NCBI GenBank assembly: GCA_002633005.1
Contig: NMRA01000683.1
Coordinates: 62,001 to 126,000, forward strand
DNA: 64,000 bases
Source of the DNA: Phoronis australis
Taxonomy: Eukaryota > Animalia > Phoronida
Reading direction: 5' to 3'
Made by a program: the position numbers and the translations under genes. The notes beneath the pieces were generated by a model. It had not been told where the DNA came from. It saw nothing but the letters and a program-made list of their open reading frames with translations, and did not search any database. Positions 50,053 through 62,160 of the stretch are shown piece after piece; within the stretch, counting starts at the first letter, position 1, and each line of letters begins with the position of its first letter.

Positions 50053-50943
50053 GAGCGACTCCATATAAAAACCAACAGGTAGAGTCTATACCCAAAATCA
50101 CAGATTTTTTTGAAACTTAGCACATGAGTTTGGTTTGGTGAGATGTAGAAAAAAATCATTTTTTAAGAATTTTCATTCATTATTTCTCTTTTTATGACCT
50201 GTAACTCCATTTTGCAACAAAATTGGGGGTTGAAGTAGGCATGGTTGAATGCATTTTACTAGCATTTGTGGTCAGGTTCAAAACAAATGAGTGATACGAT
50301 TTGAAAGGGCAAAGGTTGAATGATTTAATGGCATAACTTTCAAAACTCATTTTTAATTTTGTATGTTTTGATTTTGTGAGGCAAAAACGGCTATTCTGCA
50401 GGTTTTCACTGAAGCCATTTTCGGCCAAATTTGGCACTCTGTAGCAGCCAAAACGCACCTTTCCAGATATTGACCCTATAATAATTTGTTCAGTCATTCC
50501 TATCTTGTTCATAATCTAAAATAAAAAATCTTGCCTCTCCCGTAGTTTTTGCCTACGAAGCATTACACGAACTGCACTTCGTCCTATTTGTATGTTCTCA
50601 GTTGCCTCAGCCACCAATAGGGGGCTCTTGGAACACATAATTAGCTTGAAAAACACGACATAAAAACTTTGTATTTTGGAGAAAAGGCAAACAGCATTAC
50701 TAATTACCATTTTCTGAAAACCACATTGATGATTATTTGCTTATAGCAAAAAATTATGTACATAAATGACTGGCATGAATACTTCTAAATGACAGATGGC
50801 GCCGCTGTTTGTTTACGTGGAGACGGAAGACGCTACCTTGCTGCAATTCAAGCCTTCACGAGGTATTGCCGTCTATTTTAAATGAGAACACGGGGTTTTG
50901 GATAAATTTGGGAGGTTCTAGTGTTTTTGAACTCAACCCTGCC
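50053..50943. mobile_element. Second copy of the Sola3-like terminus (891 bp) at a different TTAA site, truncated by N 50944
   Basis: No difference from 51535-52425 seen by eye; TTAA at 50049-50052; upstream flank differs. Confidence 0.9.
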
Positions 50944-50944
50944 N

Positions 50945-51050
50945 TGGACAAGGCCCTGTGCCAGGCGTACGGCGAACAAACTGAGAGGGTCCTTGGCATG
51001 GTAGACAGCCAGCTGGCGCAGCATGGCTCCTAGACGGGCATTGTTGGTAC
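50945..51050 (-). CDS. PSMD2: 26S proteasome non-ATPase regulatory subunit 2 (Rpn1) exon, truncated at contig join
   Basis: (G)[34 protein letters not shown] matches human [34 protein letters not shown]; acceptor at 51051-51052. Confidence 0.93.
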
Positions 51051-52490
51051 CTGGCAGGAGAAATGATAATGTTAATAAGCACTGTGTATTTATAAGTCCA
51101 GTGAGAACACATCTGTCGTCCAAAAAGCGGGAACAGTCACTTTTTACAGCAGTCATACATTTTGAGAGCCAGTTGTCTCCACTGAATAATGTGTATCAAA
51201 AAGGTTCTTAAAACACAGGGCCTCTGTTAAAGTGAAAATTGCCTAAAAGCTCAAAAACCTAGTAACTTCATAACTGCACTGCACAATAATGAATCAAGAC
51301 TTTCAAAACTGAGAAACTACAACGCGACTGATTTCTGCCGTAAGTTCTGTACCACCATTGAATGTGACAAAAACTTCTACTAGAGGGTAACCGCATGACT
51401 GGCTGGCATCACATGTCCAGTGATGTGTGCAGTAGGGATAAACTAGAACCACAGCAGGTGGGGAACAACAGTAATAATGTTTTGAAAGTTTTGAAATAGT
51501 TTTTGCTGACCAATAATCTACAAACAGTTGTTAAGAGCGACTCCATATAAAAACCAACAGGTAGAGTCTATACCCAAAATCACAGATTTTTTTGAAACTT
51601 AGCACATGAGTTTGGTTTGGTGAGATGTAGAAAAAAATCATTTTTTAAGAATTTTCATTCATTATTTCTCTTTTTATGACCTGTAACTCCATTTTGCAAC
51701 AAAATTGGGGGTTGAAGTAGGCATGGTTGAATGCATTTTACTAGCATTTGTGGTCAGGTTCAAAACAAATGAGTGATACGATTTGAAAGGGCAAAGGTTG
51801 AATGATTTAATGGCATAACTTTCAAAACTCATTTTTAATTTTGTATGTTTTGATTTTGTGAGGCAAAAACGGCTATTCTGCAGGTTTTCACTGAAGCCAT
51901 TTTCGGCCAAATTTGGCACTCTGTAGCAGCCAAAACGCACCTTTCCAGATATTGACCCTATAATAATTTGTTCAGTCATTCCTATCTTGTTCATAATCTA
52001 AAATAAAAAATCTTGCCTCTCCCGTAGTTTTTGCCTACGAAGCATTACACGAACTGCACTTCGTCCTATTTGTATGTTCTCAGTTGCCTCAGCCACCAAT
52101 AGGGGGCTCTTGGAACACATAATTAGCTTGAAAAACACGACATAAAAACTTTGTATTTTGGAGAAAAGGCAAACAGCATTACTAATTACCATTTTCTGAA
52201 AACCACATTGATGATTATTTGCTTATAGCAAAAAATTATGTACATAAATGACTGGCATGAATACTTCTAAATGACAGATGGCGCCGCTGTTTGTTTACGT
52301 GGAGACGGAAGACGCTACCTTGCTGCAATTCAAGCCTTCACGAGGTATTGCCGTCTATTTTAAATGAGAACACGGGGTTTTGGATAAATTTGGGAGGTTC
52401 TAGTGTTTTTGAACTCAACCCTGCCTTCCTCTTGTTTCTATCTTCCATGTTCGAGCCACAGGCAAAGGAAGGCACTCAAGGGGTATAGCC

Positions 52491-52795
52491 CACTGGTGGA
52501 TTTAGGGGGGAGATGGCCCCCCTAAAATTCTCCCAGATTCCATTTGGCAGTTCAGTGTGCGAATTGCTGACCGCTTTATGCATGCACCTAGGGGGGGGGG
52601 GGGGGGGNGGCGAATGCACAATGCATAGCCCTGAACAAACCCGTTTACCCATTTTTTTTTAGTAATAAGTTCCGCAAACCCAAAAGTTCAAGATCCCCTA
52701 CATACCTACATTTTAGGCTGGGTGCGCGCATATGGCGAAATTCTGGTTATTCCTGTGCCCTACCCCCCCAAATTAAAATCCTGGATCCGCCCCTG
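52491..52795. mobile_element. hAT-like MITE nested in the Sola3-like element
   Basis: CACTGGTGGATTTAGGGG...GGATCCGCCCCTG ends; homology to 15731-15888. Confidence 0.55.
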
Positions 52796-53989
52796 TAGAA
52801 CCCTGTTCAGTGCAAAAATCCTGGGTCAACAGTCATTGTAACTTTGGGTTCATATTGTAATGTCCCTGCACGTTGCTATTTTCAGTTGTCACCAGTTTCC
52901 CTCTCCCCCACACACCGAGCACCCTAACCTTGAATATTTCTGACCGTGTGACCATCAATGGTGTACAAAGGCAAACATTCACAGTCAATAGAAAATAATT
53001 CACGAGACAATTTTATTAATGACTTATTTATGACAGACACGAAATAAACAGAAGTAACGGTCTCTGATTTCATAGCAAACATACTGAGTGACTCTGTGGT
53101 GTAGCAAGGGATGGTCGGTGGGGCACAAGGTGCTCGCTATGCCACTGGACTGTAATTTCCCCTTAACTGCAAACTACGATTAACTACGATACAAGATATA
53201 CCGTAATATATGGCGAGCACAGTAATCTCCAATTATGATAAAATCAAACTACCATTATCACATCTGAATCTTTGTCCCTCTTTTGCTCTGATAACTGCCT
53301 TTCATTCTCTACGGCCACCATTCCACCCTCGCCAACTAAGATCCATTTTGCATCTGACGTGGCAACTACAATTGCAAAATAGGCCAGCACCTTTTCTACT
53401 TAAGCCACAGACGAACTTTGCTTTTCAATCCACCCACTCACTCTTGTTTCGACCATGAACCATTCTATCGCTTACAACCAAAGACTAACTAGGCCCTGGC
53501 CAATATTCACTTGGCCCTCATCAGTCTGTCATTCAGCCCCTGGCCAGCATCCATACTTACTTGAATTCTTCCTAGCTACTACTCATTCTCCTTCAGATGC
53601 CACCCACTAGTTTCAGTTCATCCAAACACTCATCATGTCTACATTTATTCTTGTTTCTAACAGTCACTAATTGATAAAATGATACTAATTCCTAAGAATG
53701 AATACTTCTTGTGATTCTTCATAACAAAATAATCAACCTAATAAGATAATACTATACAGTTACTTGAGCTGAGCTGTAGACACTGTCCACCTAACTGTTC
53801 CAAGTTTAGTTGTAAACCCCCTCACTGATCGATACGAGTGAAACAAAAATCAACAATTCAAAACTGCTACAAACCAACTGCTGACCATCCCCAACCAGAC
53901 ATAAATCCCGGCAGCTAAACATTACAAAGAAAGCATTAAATTTGAGACCTTCACATATTTTTGACTGGTCATTAAGCTACAAAACTAGG

Positions 53990-55186
53990 CTAAACATTGA
54001 GCTCATTTATCACTTCGTTCAGTAAATCTGATGACATAACAGCATCTTCGGCAGAAATAGCATCGTCATCATCAACATTTTCAGGAGAGCCTAAACGCAT
54101 TGCTGCAGACAACCTCGAAAAAAATCCAGCAATCTGCGATTCACTTAACCATTCATCACAAGTAAACATTTTCCCAGTGGGTTCTCGTAATGTTTTCATC
54201 ATTTTCGCCACTTCCGAGGGTGAACGTTTTTTACCTGACTTTTCTCCTTCATCAAATATCTTTGTCAGAAAGTTCTTGACCTTTACTGAAAATCTTGTCG
54301 ACCTTCTACCTTTTTTCAATGCCCACCCTATTACTTCAGCATTGGTCTCATCCACACTGTACTCTGAGGCTGCCTCAAATGATGCTCCAGTTCTTGCACT
54401 TAAAAGCATTTCTGACCACTGTCGTGCGATGTGATCATACGTAGTTTCCCTTTGTAAATGTTTGGAGTGGATACCCACATCCAAATGCTGACTCAGTTCT
54501 GCGTCGCTAGCAAAGAATTTCGAGCAGCCATGCTGGGTGCACGGGAACTTTTGTTGAGGCTCTTCACTAGAAACAATGCCAACCTTAACTCTTGGTGTTG
54601 AAAATTCACCATGTCTAAGGACGTTAGTAGATTTCAGAGACATAGGTTTTCCCATTTTCTCAGTGTTTGTAAGCAGCTTACCGTCACCTATATGGAAAGA
54701 TTTCCACACGCGAATTCCTTGAGTGGAATAGTGGAAATTTGTAAATGTGCTAATACCAGGAACTGAGTATTTTGGAAAAGACTTTGGTGCATTGACTGTA
54801 CATGCAGACACATAACATCCCTTCACACCGCCACTGGAAAGTAATGCTTCTTTCAAATCCAAAAAATTTCTGATATTGTTTCCTTCAGCTACAAAGTACT
54901 TTGCGTGTTGTTTTAGTGGAGCAATCTTGCGATCACAGAGATCCTTTCCCTTTTGACTTTCACTAAAGTCATACCTAGAAACAGAAATGCCGGTAGATTG
55001 TGACAAGGCTGCAATGTTTAGGAGCAGAGGAGCTGAGTGGTAACATCCAGCATTATCTGAGCGTAGAAAGGCCTCGGTGATCTCAGGTTTGGCCTTCTTC
55101 ACTTGTCGCAAAACATCTAGTATGAGGCAACAAACTGTGTGCCAATCTTGTTTGCACGTATCGAGAGTGTGCACATAAGTGCGTAC
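53990..55186 (-). CDS. Transposase exon 7 (2nd/3rd catalytic Asp, C2H2, GWAL)
   Basis: VRTYVHTLD...SDNAGCYH...SESQKGKDLCD...CTQHGC-x12-H-x5-H...GWAL; stop TAG. Confidence 0.92.
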   Translation of the reverse strand, partial: VRTYVHTLDTCKQDWHTVCCLILDVLRQVKKAKPEITEAFLRSDNAGCYHSAPLLLNIAALSQSTGISVSRYDFSESQKGKDLCDRKIAPLKQHAKYFVAEGNNIRNFLDLKEALLSSGGVKGCYVSACTVNAPKSFPKYSVPGISTFTNFHYSTQGIRVWKSFHIGDGKLLTNTEKMGKPMSLKSTNVLRHGEFSTPRVKVGIVSSEEPQQKFPCTQHGCSKFFASDAELSQHLDVGIHSKHLQRETTYDHIARQWSEMLLSARTGASFEAASEYSVDETNAEVIGWALKKGRRSTRFSVKVKNFLTKIFDEGEKSGKKRSPSEVAKMMKTLREPTGKMFTCDEWLSESQIAGFFSRLSAAMRLGSPENVDDDDAISAEDAVMSSDLLNEVINELNV

Positions 55187-58100
55187 CTATAACATGAACA
55201 AAAAAGCTTGTTTAGATTAAGACACCATGCTACATGTAGCTGCAAGTTAAGAAAATTAACAAATGCACAACAATAAAAGTATAAATTTCTCATGGGCACC
55301 TGCACTTTGGCAAAGAAGAGAGCTCGGTAAGCCTCGGTTGCTACTAAGTGGCAAAGCAGAAGTAAAAGCTGCTGAAATTTATTTTGGCTGAATTCTTTCA
55401 TCTTTGAAGATCTGATGGTTTATACTATATTACCATCATCATAAGATTTTACCATTGTAACAAAACAGGCCTATCTAATAAATGAGAAAACATGACTAGA
55501 CAGAATTTGATACGATTATTTTGGATTTGTACTACATTTAAAAAACTACAATGGCCACCAGGTGGTGCAACATGAGGTGGTGTTGTCATCTTTCTAAAAA
55601 CAGCTTTGTCATAAAAAACACGAGATACAGAGGTAGATCCACCAAAACTTCTCGAAGGAGCAAGGTGGTCAATGAAAATCCACGGTTTGTATATTTTAGT
55701 TAAACAACATAGAAAATTGAAAACATTTTCCGCTTAGTTTTTATATAATGCACATATTTACCTCATGAGCAAGGCCTTCTTTACGACTTATACAAGCTGA
55801 AACATGCCATGAGATGCCCTTTTTTCCAAACCATTCTGCTTGTGCCTCCCTGAAGTTGATTGGCATATACTTCATGGCAAAATCCATCACAATAAGCACT
55901 TGGGAAGACGCAAGGGTCTCCATGACAACAGTCTTTGCCCGTTCTTGGTTGATGCCCCGTACAATATGACAACGCCACTCAAGAATTCGGTCAGAAGCAG
56001 AAGACACTGAATGAAGAATCTCTTCTTTCTGTTCGGGATAGCTACAAAAAGACGACTTCATACAATCGCAAATAAAAAAGCACAGAATCAACTTATTTAG
56101 GCAATATCAGTTTGGACTCAGTAATTGCTAGTTTCATAGAAAATTTTCTTTCAAGTTAGAGTTAATACAGTCTGAATATCAACTCCCGTGAAAAAATTAC
56201 ATAACAAGACCTCTGCATTTACACATAGCAAGAACACTGCATCCAACTGGAAGCGAAAAGCTTATGACAATAGTTTTAGTGATAAATAAGTTATATGTGT
56301 TTCGATATGATTTGTGACTTGGTTGGGGGACTATTACTTTACATGAGATCATTAACATCTCTCTGACTAATGCCAAGCCTAATTAAAAAATATGATGTGT
56401 ACGTAATTGTACCACAAATTTTAGCAACTTTGATTTCTTTTTGTCCTTATCTAGAGACGATGTGCTAAGAGACTAGCCTGGTTATTTTTCTGAGATACAC
56501 CATTATTTTACAATAATCATTTTAGGTCTTGCATTAGATGTTATTATCAAAGTATAGTGCATGGGGTCTGAAGCACATTGCATCAGCCGAGCCCATTGTA
56601 CCACACCCTTGAAGTATTTTTAGTTATTGACAAACAAATAATACAGTTAACACTGAGCTGAGGAGCTAAACACACTGCTTAAGGGTCTTGCAGTGGGGCC
56701 CCGTGCAATTTTAACCCACGACCTCACTATTAGGAGGCGAACACTCATCCCACTAGGCCATTGCCATGATTGCCGTCTCGATGTTCTAATACACGGATGA
56801 GCACATCATAAAGGTCATGTTATTTGACAGGTCTTCTTACCTAAAAATAATGTCAGGGTAATCACATGCATTCTGTAATTCCAGTAGAACAGCTTTGAGG
56901 TCCTCGCATCGATCACATTTCAAGAGATGCTGGTGTTGACATTCCTGTTTGAATTCCTTCTCTGATCCAGACAGTGCATAAGACAGACAATGGTCTGCGC
57001 ACTCACTCTCAATTTTCACATGTAGACTGAAGTCTCCTTTTAGGTAATCCTTCGCCTGTTTTAATCGAAGAGACATGTTGCTTTTCCAAGATTCTGAAAG
57101 ACCTAAAATAAAAAATATTTGTAGATCAAGCTACTTATCTCTCAAATGCACGAAACAAAGCCATGCCGTTCTACATACAAAGTGAAGATAAGGCTAGATT
57201 ACAATATATTATGACAGCTGACACTATAAATCATACAGTTCACACATATTTTGTAGAACAGGCAACACTTGGACATCTAGAGAATGGCTGGTAACTGCCT
57301 CCAGAAAATTGATGTATGAACCGCTTTTATGAACACATGGTTGCCCCTAGGTAAATTCAATGCGTCCGGGTGCTACAGCATTGCCACTCGTTCAACTAAC
57401 ATTCAGCTCTAAATTCAAAGAGACAAAACTCTTGACTACTTGAAATGTTACTGTCAAATGCTTCGTCTGCTCTTTTTCCATTTTAGCAAAGACAGATGAA
57501 GGGGTAAAAGAAACGAAACAATATTTAAAAAAAATAAAACATGAAAATACCTAAGCCTTTGAGGATAAGAATAGCATCATTCAGCTCTGCAAAGGCAGTC
57601 GATCCTTCGTTTGCTATGTTGTCTAACCCACTGAGACTCTTCTGTTTTGATGCAGCACAAACCTGAAAAGCAATGAGTGTAACAGGGAAATGGTAATTAT
57701 AATGCCTATCTTCTAATTGTTAAAGTATTCAAAAGAAATATTTGAACAAGGTATGAGAGCTGAAATACGCCCTGTAGCAACAACCATTTCTTTTTGTTCC
57801 AGTGCCCCATCACGGTGTTCCCACCTCTCCTACGTCTAAGTGCCATGCTCTCAAAAAGATGGAGGCATCTTAGTCACTTGTATTATAGCTGAGGTGCTGA
57901 AGTGTCTAGGTTTTCAAAATAAATGACGTCTGGTTAATAAACTTAAAAAAGAGAGAAGATACTATGTCTTGGAAAACTGATGTGAAATAAACTGCAATGG
58001 TTGCACAGAATGAGCTGAAAAATAATCAGTATTTTTCAAACTTATTACCTGCAGTATTTGATACAAGGTGCTGCGTCCCAGGGGAGTCATACCATTTTCA

Positions 58101-61100
58101 TAGCAGTACTGTTCATACATGACAACAATCCTCGAATGTATGACTGTTCTAACAACGTTTGGTACTTCCAACTTTTCACCTGTCGACAACTTCAGTGTTT
58201 TTGTACCGTACGCAACATCCTGAAGAAGATGAGGGGATGATATATAACCCAGGAAATGTTGCACCTTTTCCAAAGGCATCTTGTGACGTGTCAATTTTAC
58301 TTGTTGTATTTGCACACCAGGCCCGACTTCAGTAGCTCTTTTTCGTGCTTGTGCAATCCTGTAGCATGTAAGGCCAGGAATCAACTTCATCAATTCCGTC
58401 ATAGAATAATCCTTAGCAAACACTGACAATATCTGTTGCTTCGTATACCAGTGTTCAGCATCGCTGTAGAGTTGTATGAGCGTTTGTAGCTCTTTAGACT
58501 GATTAGGCTCTTCCTCCTTCGCCTCCCCAAGTTCTTGCAGTAAATCGCCTGCTTGACCAGGAGCAATGTTGTCTAAGGCGAAGTCAATGGTTTGTTTTGC
58601 CTTGCGTCTAAAATAAAATCGTGTTGACCTGGCAGCATCTTGCAAAGGTCTTTGTAACTGGAATTTCACTGGGGAAATTCTGCCTGTTGCAATGTACTGG
58701 TTTAGAGCGCGTAGCCTAGCTTCAGGTTGAGGAGTAGGTTGATAACCAGGAGACACAAAAACCTCCATCTCAACTCTCTCAGAGCTACCCGAACTTTCAG
58801 ATGATGGAACCTGAAATGGAACAAACATTACGCTTAATTAAAAAAAAATCTGCGAAATTTTCATCGCAAATAAAATGGTGAACATATAAGTGGCACACAT
58901 TTTTAAAAACATTTCTCGATGAGGAAGCATCAAGACCATTGATAGAATATGAAGCAGAGACAAACACATGCACTGGGTGGCACCTCACTGACATCAAATG
59001 TGTAAAAATCACCATCAGCCATACTTCTCTTAATAGAACCACATTCCATTAAGCCAAATTTCATAATGACAGGGCAGTGGTAAGCTGCACAGATGTTGGA
59101 CATAGTAGATGGCAATATGCACAAGTATAAAGAGCTCTACAAAGCTGAAATTTTCCACTCAAAAATACAAGTGACCACAAACTTCCACTTGTATTCTCCA
59201 ATTAGGATTCAGAAATGAGAGTGACTAAAAATTTTCATTCGTATTGCGGTTGTAAGAAGAAAGGACTAAAAAACGCCGATAGGTTGGCCACACTGAAATT
59301 TGGGAGTGTCCACAAGATTTACAGTCATATTATTGTGTGTTTTCTCATCAATCCGTGCTTATGTGAGTGGCACCCATTTTGCAGTCATGTTTTACTTTAT
59401 CCACTTGTATATTCGAGAGTTAGCTCGTTTACTTCGAACCCTGATAACTATACAGGCACATAACAAATCACTAAAATCTATGATACTGCCATAAAGTTGA
59501 TTTCAATAGTTAGCTAAATTACAGGTGGTTGTTCTTTTATCATGTTTAGAGCAGTACACAATGAATGCCAAATAAACACTTTATAATAATAGCCACAAAA
59601 TTTAGCACCAGTGGATAATCATTTTAGAAACAGTTAGTAGAAAGCCATCTTTATCCTACATTTTTACCATTTTTCATGAATTTTCTTTGAAGAATATGGG
59701 ATGCAATGAGGCAAGCAAGAAATCAATATTGTCCGAAAACGACATTGTTTTAGTCCATCAAAATCTCTATAGCCATAATCATAGGTAAGCACCCAAGTCT
59801 GCCCGTGACTGCATGAATGTGGAAATGGAAAGAATGCCATAGCAACAAGCTAAATAATTCTCCTACCTCTGCCNNNNNNNNNNNNNNNNNNNNNNNNNNN
59901 NNNNNNNNNNNNNNNNNNNNNNNNNNNNNNNNNNNNNNNNNNNNNNNNNNNNNNNNNNNNNNNNNNNNNNNNNNNNNNNNNNNNNNNNNNNNNNNNNNNN
60001 NNNNNNNNNNNNNNNNNNNNNNNNNNNNNNNNNNNNNNNNNNNNNNNNNNNNNNNNNNNNNNNNNNNNNNNNNNNNNNNNNNNNNNNNNNNNNNNNNNNN
60101 NNNNNNNNNNNNNNNNNNNNNNNNNNNNNNNNNNNNNNNNNNNNNNNNNNNNNNNNNNNNNNNNNNNNNNNNNNNNNNNNNNNNNNNNNNNNNNNNNNNN
60201 NNNNNNNNNNNNNNNNNNNNNNNNNNNNNNNNNNNNNNNNNNNNNNNNNNNNNNNNNNNNNNNNNNNNNNNNNNNNNNNNNNNNNNNNNNNNNNNNNNNN
60301 NNNNNNNNNNNNNNNNNNNNNNNNNNNNNNNNNNNNNNNNNNNNNNNNNNNNNNNNNNNNNNNNNNNNNNNNNNNNNNNNNNNNNNNNNNNNNNNNNNNN
60401 NNNNNNNNNNNNNNNNNNNNNNNNNNNNNNNNNNNNNNNNNNNNNNNNNNNNNNNNNGCAAATACAGCAAAACTTACATTAAAGTTGGATTTGTTGACGT
60501 TCTTGTTTGTGTTCTGCTAAGCACTTCAGATAAGTTGAATTCCAATAACCAAAGACGTACTAACCTCTCCAGAAGTACTTGAAGAACTTTTTCGGTACTG
60601 TATACGGCATGCTTTACAGATCCCTGAACAGAAAAAAAATATATTTAGAATCAATTTTCCAAAGACTTTTTTCATAAAGAAATGTACTACCTCACCTTAC
60701 TACTCCCACAACATAAGTTCATGTGTCTTAATATCAAACTAAAATATTTTGGGGAACTTATGCTGTATTTACTTAGAATTTGTCAAAAACTTGATGACCT
60801 CATGCAAGCACAGCATTATGTGATTCATTAGCTACATTCAATCAGATCACAACTGACTGGTTATACAGAAGTGTGTTTGTGTGAAACTTCGAGCCATATT
60901 ATAAAGCATCCTGTGCGGACGATGTGACATTGAACTCTTTGGGTATACTAGTACAACAGAAACATTTGCCTGGCAAAACCATCAAACACGCGGATGTATT
61001 GAGTGTAGGACACCTCTGAAAGCTGTTCATTTCTTCAAATTTTTCTTAAACCAACTACAGTATATTAACAGCAGACTCATTCTCTAATACACACGTGGAG

Positions 61101-62160
61101 ATCCTGTCGGCCAAATGTAGAGCGTCACCGATCTTAAATGCTATTGTCAAGTGTTAGAGATTGGCTCACTCCCCAGACAATGGAGATTGCGCTTCATTTA
61201 AAATGCTCAGCAATGCTCTTCCAAAAGTATTTTTGAAGTTGAAAAGATGTAAAGGCATCGACTAGCAAGAAAGATATATCCACTGAAAAACGATTGTCCC
61301 CAAACAGGGTTGAACCAGATTTGCAGGGTTAGTGCTCAACTGTCACAGCTAAAAGCCAGCCGCTAGCAAGACAACAAGTATTTATTGTTTTGCATGTTCA
61401 GCCTAGTCTATTCTGGAAGTAATACAAGTAGTACACGGGGTTCCCGACTGGCTACATTTCCTTATGAAATGACAAGAGGGTATCATAACTATTGCTGTCA
61501 AGTCTAAACTCACCTGAGAGATCATTTCTCACCCAGAGGCAGATTATCTTCTCAACTACTCACTCAAAAACTTCTGAGGAGCAACGTGGCTTTGAAGGTG
61601 CACCCCCCCCCCCAAGGACGATAGTATTGTCTATATATATACACACAACAACTAATTTAGTGCAGTGCTTAAAGTTGTCCACTATTACAGCAAGGTGCTC
61701 TATAAATACTAATATGATAGATGTTATATTATAAAAGGCTCGGTCATAAAACGATTCTCTCACCTGAACCCACTGGAACGAGCTGTCCAAACTGACCCAA
61801 TATCCACTGTGACAACTCGAAGTCAACGCCTCTTTCAGGCTTTCTCTTAGACGACCTTGGATGCTCAGGGTAAGAGCACTTTCTGCTGGCACGAAACCCG
61901 GGGCCAAATTCTCTACGGTGAACATCACAGATGATCTGGCTCTTCCATGACTGGTCCTGTTCAGTCAGAAATTGACCGACTCGGGCTAGTAGGAGTTCGT
62001 ACTCTGACACAGGCCTTGCTTTGTGAGGTACTTTCAAGTATCGCAAATGTTCAGTGGTGTCTTTGACATGACTCACTAAAGCTACAAAGCTTTTGTCATC
62101 GCACTTTTTTGCAGAATAGATTCGAAAGGAACATGAAGGGCCATCGACGTCGTCCGCCAT
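53990..62160 (-). CDS. Sola3-like DDD transposase, 7 exons, 1022 aa
   Basis: complement(join(53990-55186,55762-56041,56841-57102,57551-57662,58049-58810,60565-60623,61764-62160)) = 3069 nt, GT-AG, phases consistent, no stops; DFAMK, WFGKKGISWH, SDNAGCYH, GKDLCD, C-terminal C2H2 finger, GWAL motif; an extra exon in gap 59874-60457 cannot be excluded. Confidence 0.88.
55762..56041 (-). CDS. Transposase exon 6 (first catalytic Asp)
   Basis: VLIVMDFAMKYMPINFREAQAEWFGKKGISWH. Confidence 0.9.
56650..56770 (-). mobile_element. Degraded tRNA-derived SINE in transposase intron
   Basis: A-box-like TGGCCTAGTGG, degenerate B-box GGTTAAAATT, followed by CCCTTAAGCAG. Confidence 0.45.
56841..57102 (-). 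CDS. Transposase exon 5 (Cys/His-rich)
   Basis: YLKGDFSLHV...CADHCLSYALS...CQHQHLLKCDRC. Confidence 0.88.
57551..57662 (-). CDS. Transposase exon 4
   Basis: VCAASKQKSLSGLDNIANEG; AG/GT, phase 0 to 1. Confidence 0.85.
58049..58810 (-). CDS. Transposase exon 3
   Basis: 254 codons; QDVAYGTKTLKLSTGE, PLGRSTLYQIL. Confidence 0.9.
60565..60623 (-). CDS. Transposase exon 2
   Basis: (G)ICKACRIQYRKSSSSTSGE; completes VPVGSGICKAC; phase 1 to 0. Confidence 0.75.
61764..62160 (-). CDS. Transposase exon 1 (Cys/His N-terminal domain)
   Basis: AAAATGG start; IICDVHR, KCSYPEH; donor CAG|GTGAG. Confidence 0.82.

Noticed and set aside
50053-52425. Long direct repeats bounding one element (LTR- or KolobokP-like) that captured a PSMD2 exon
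   Set aside because: The first copy is cut by a contig-join N, and the intervening DNA is ordinary PSMD2 exon/intron that splices correctly to 63321
53997-54434. 145-aa plus-strand ORF (also the antisense ORFs over TRPA1 exons)
   Set aside because: Shadow frames antisense to genuine coding exons
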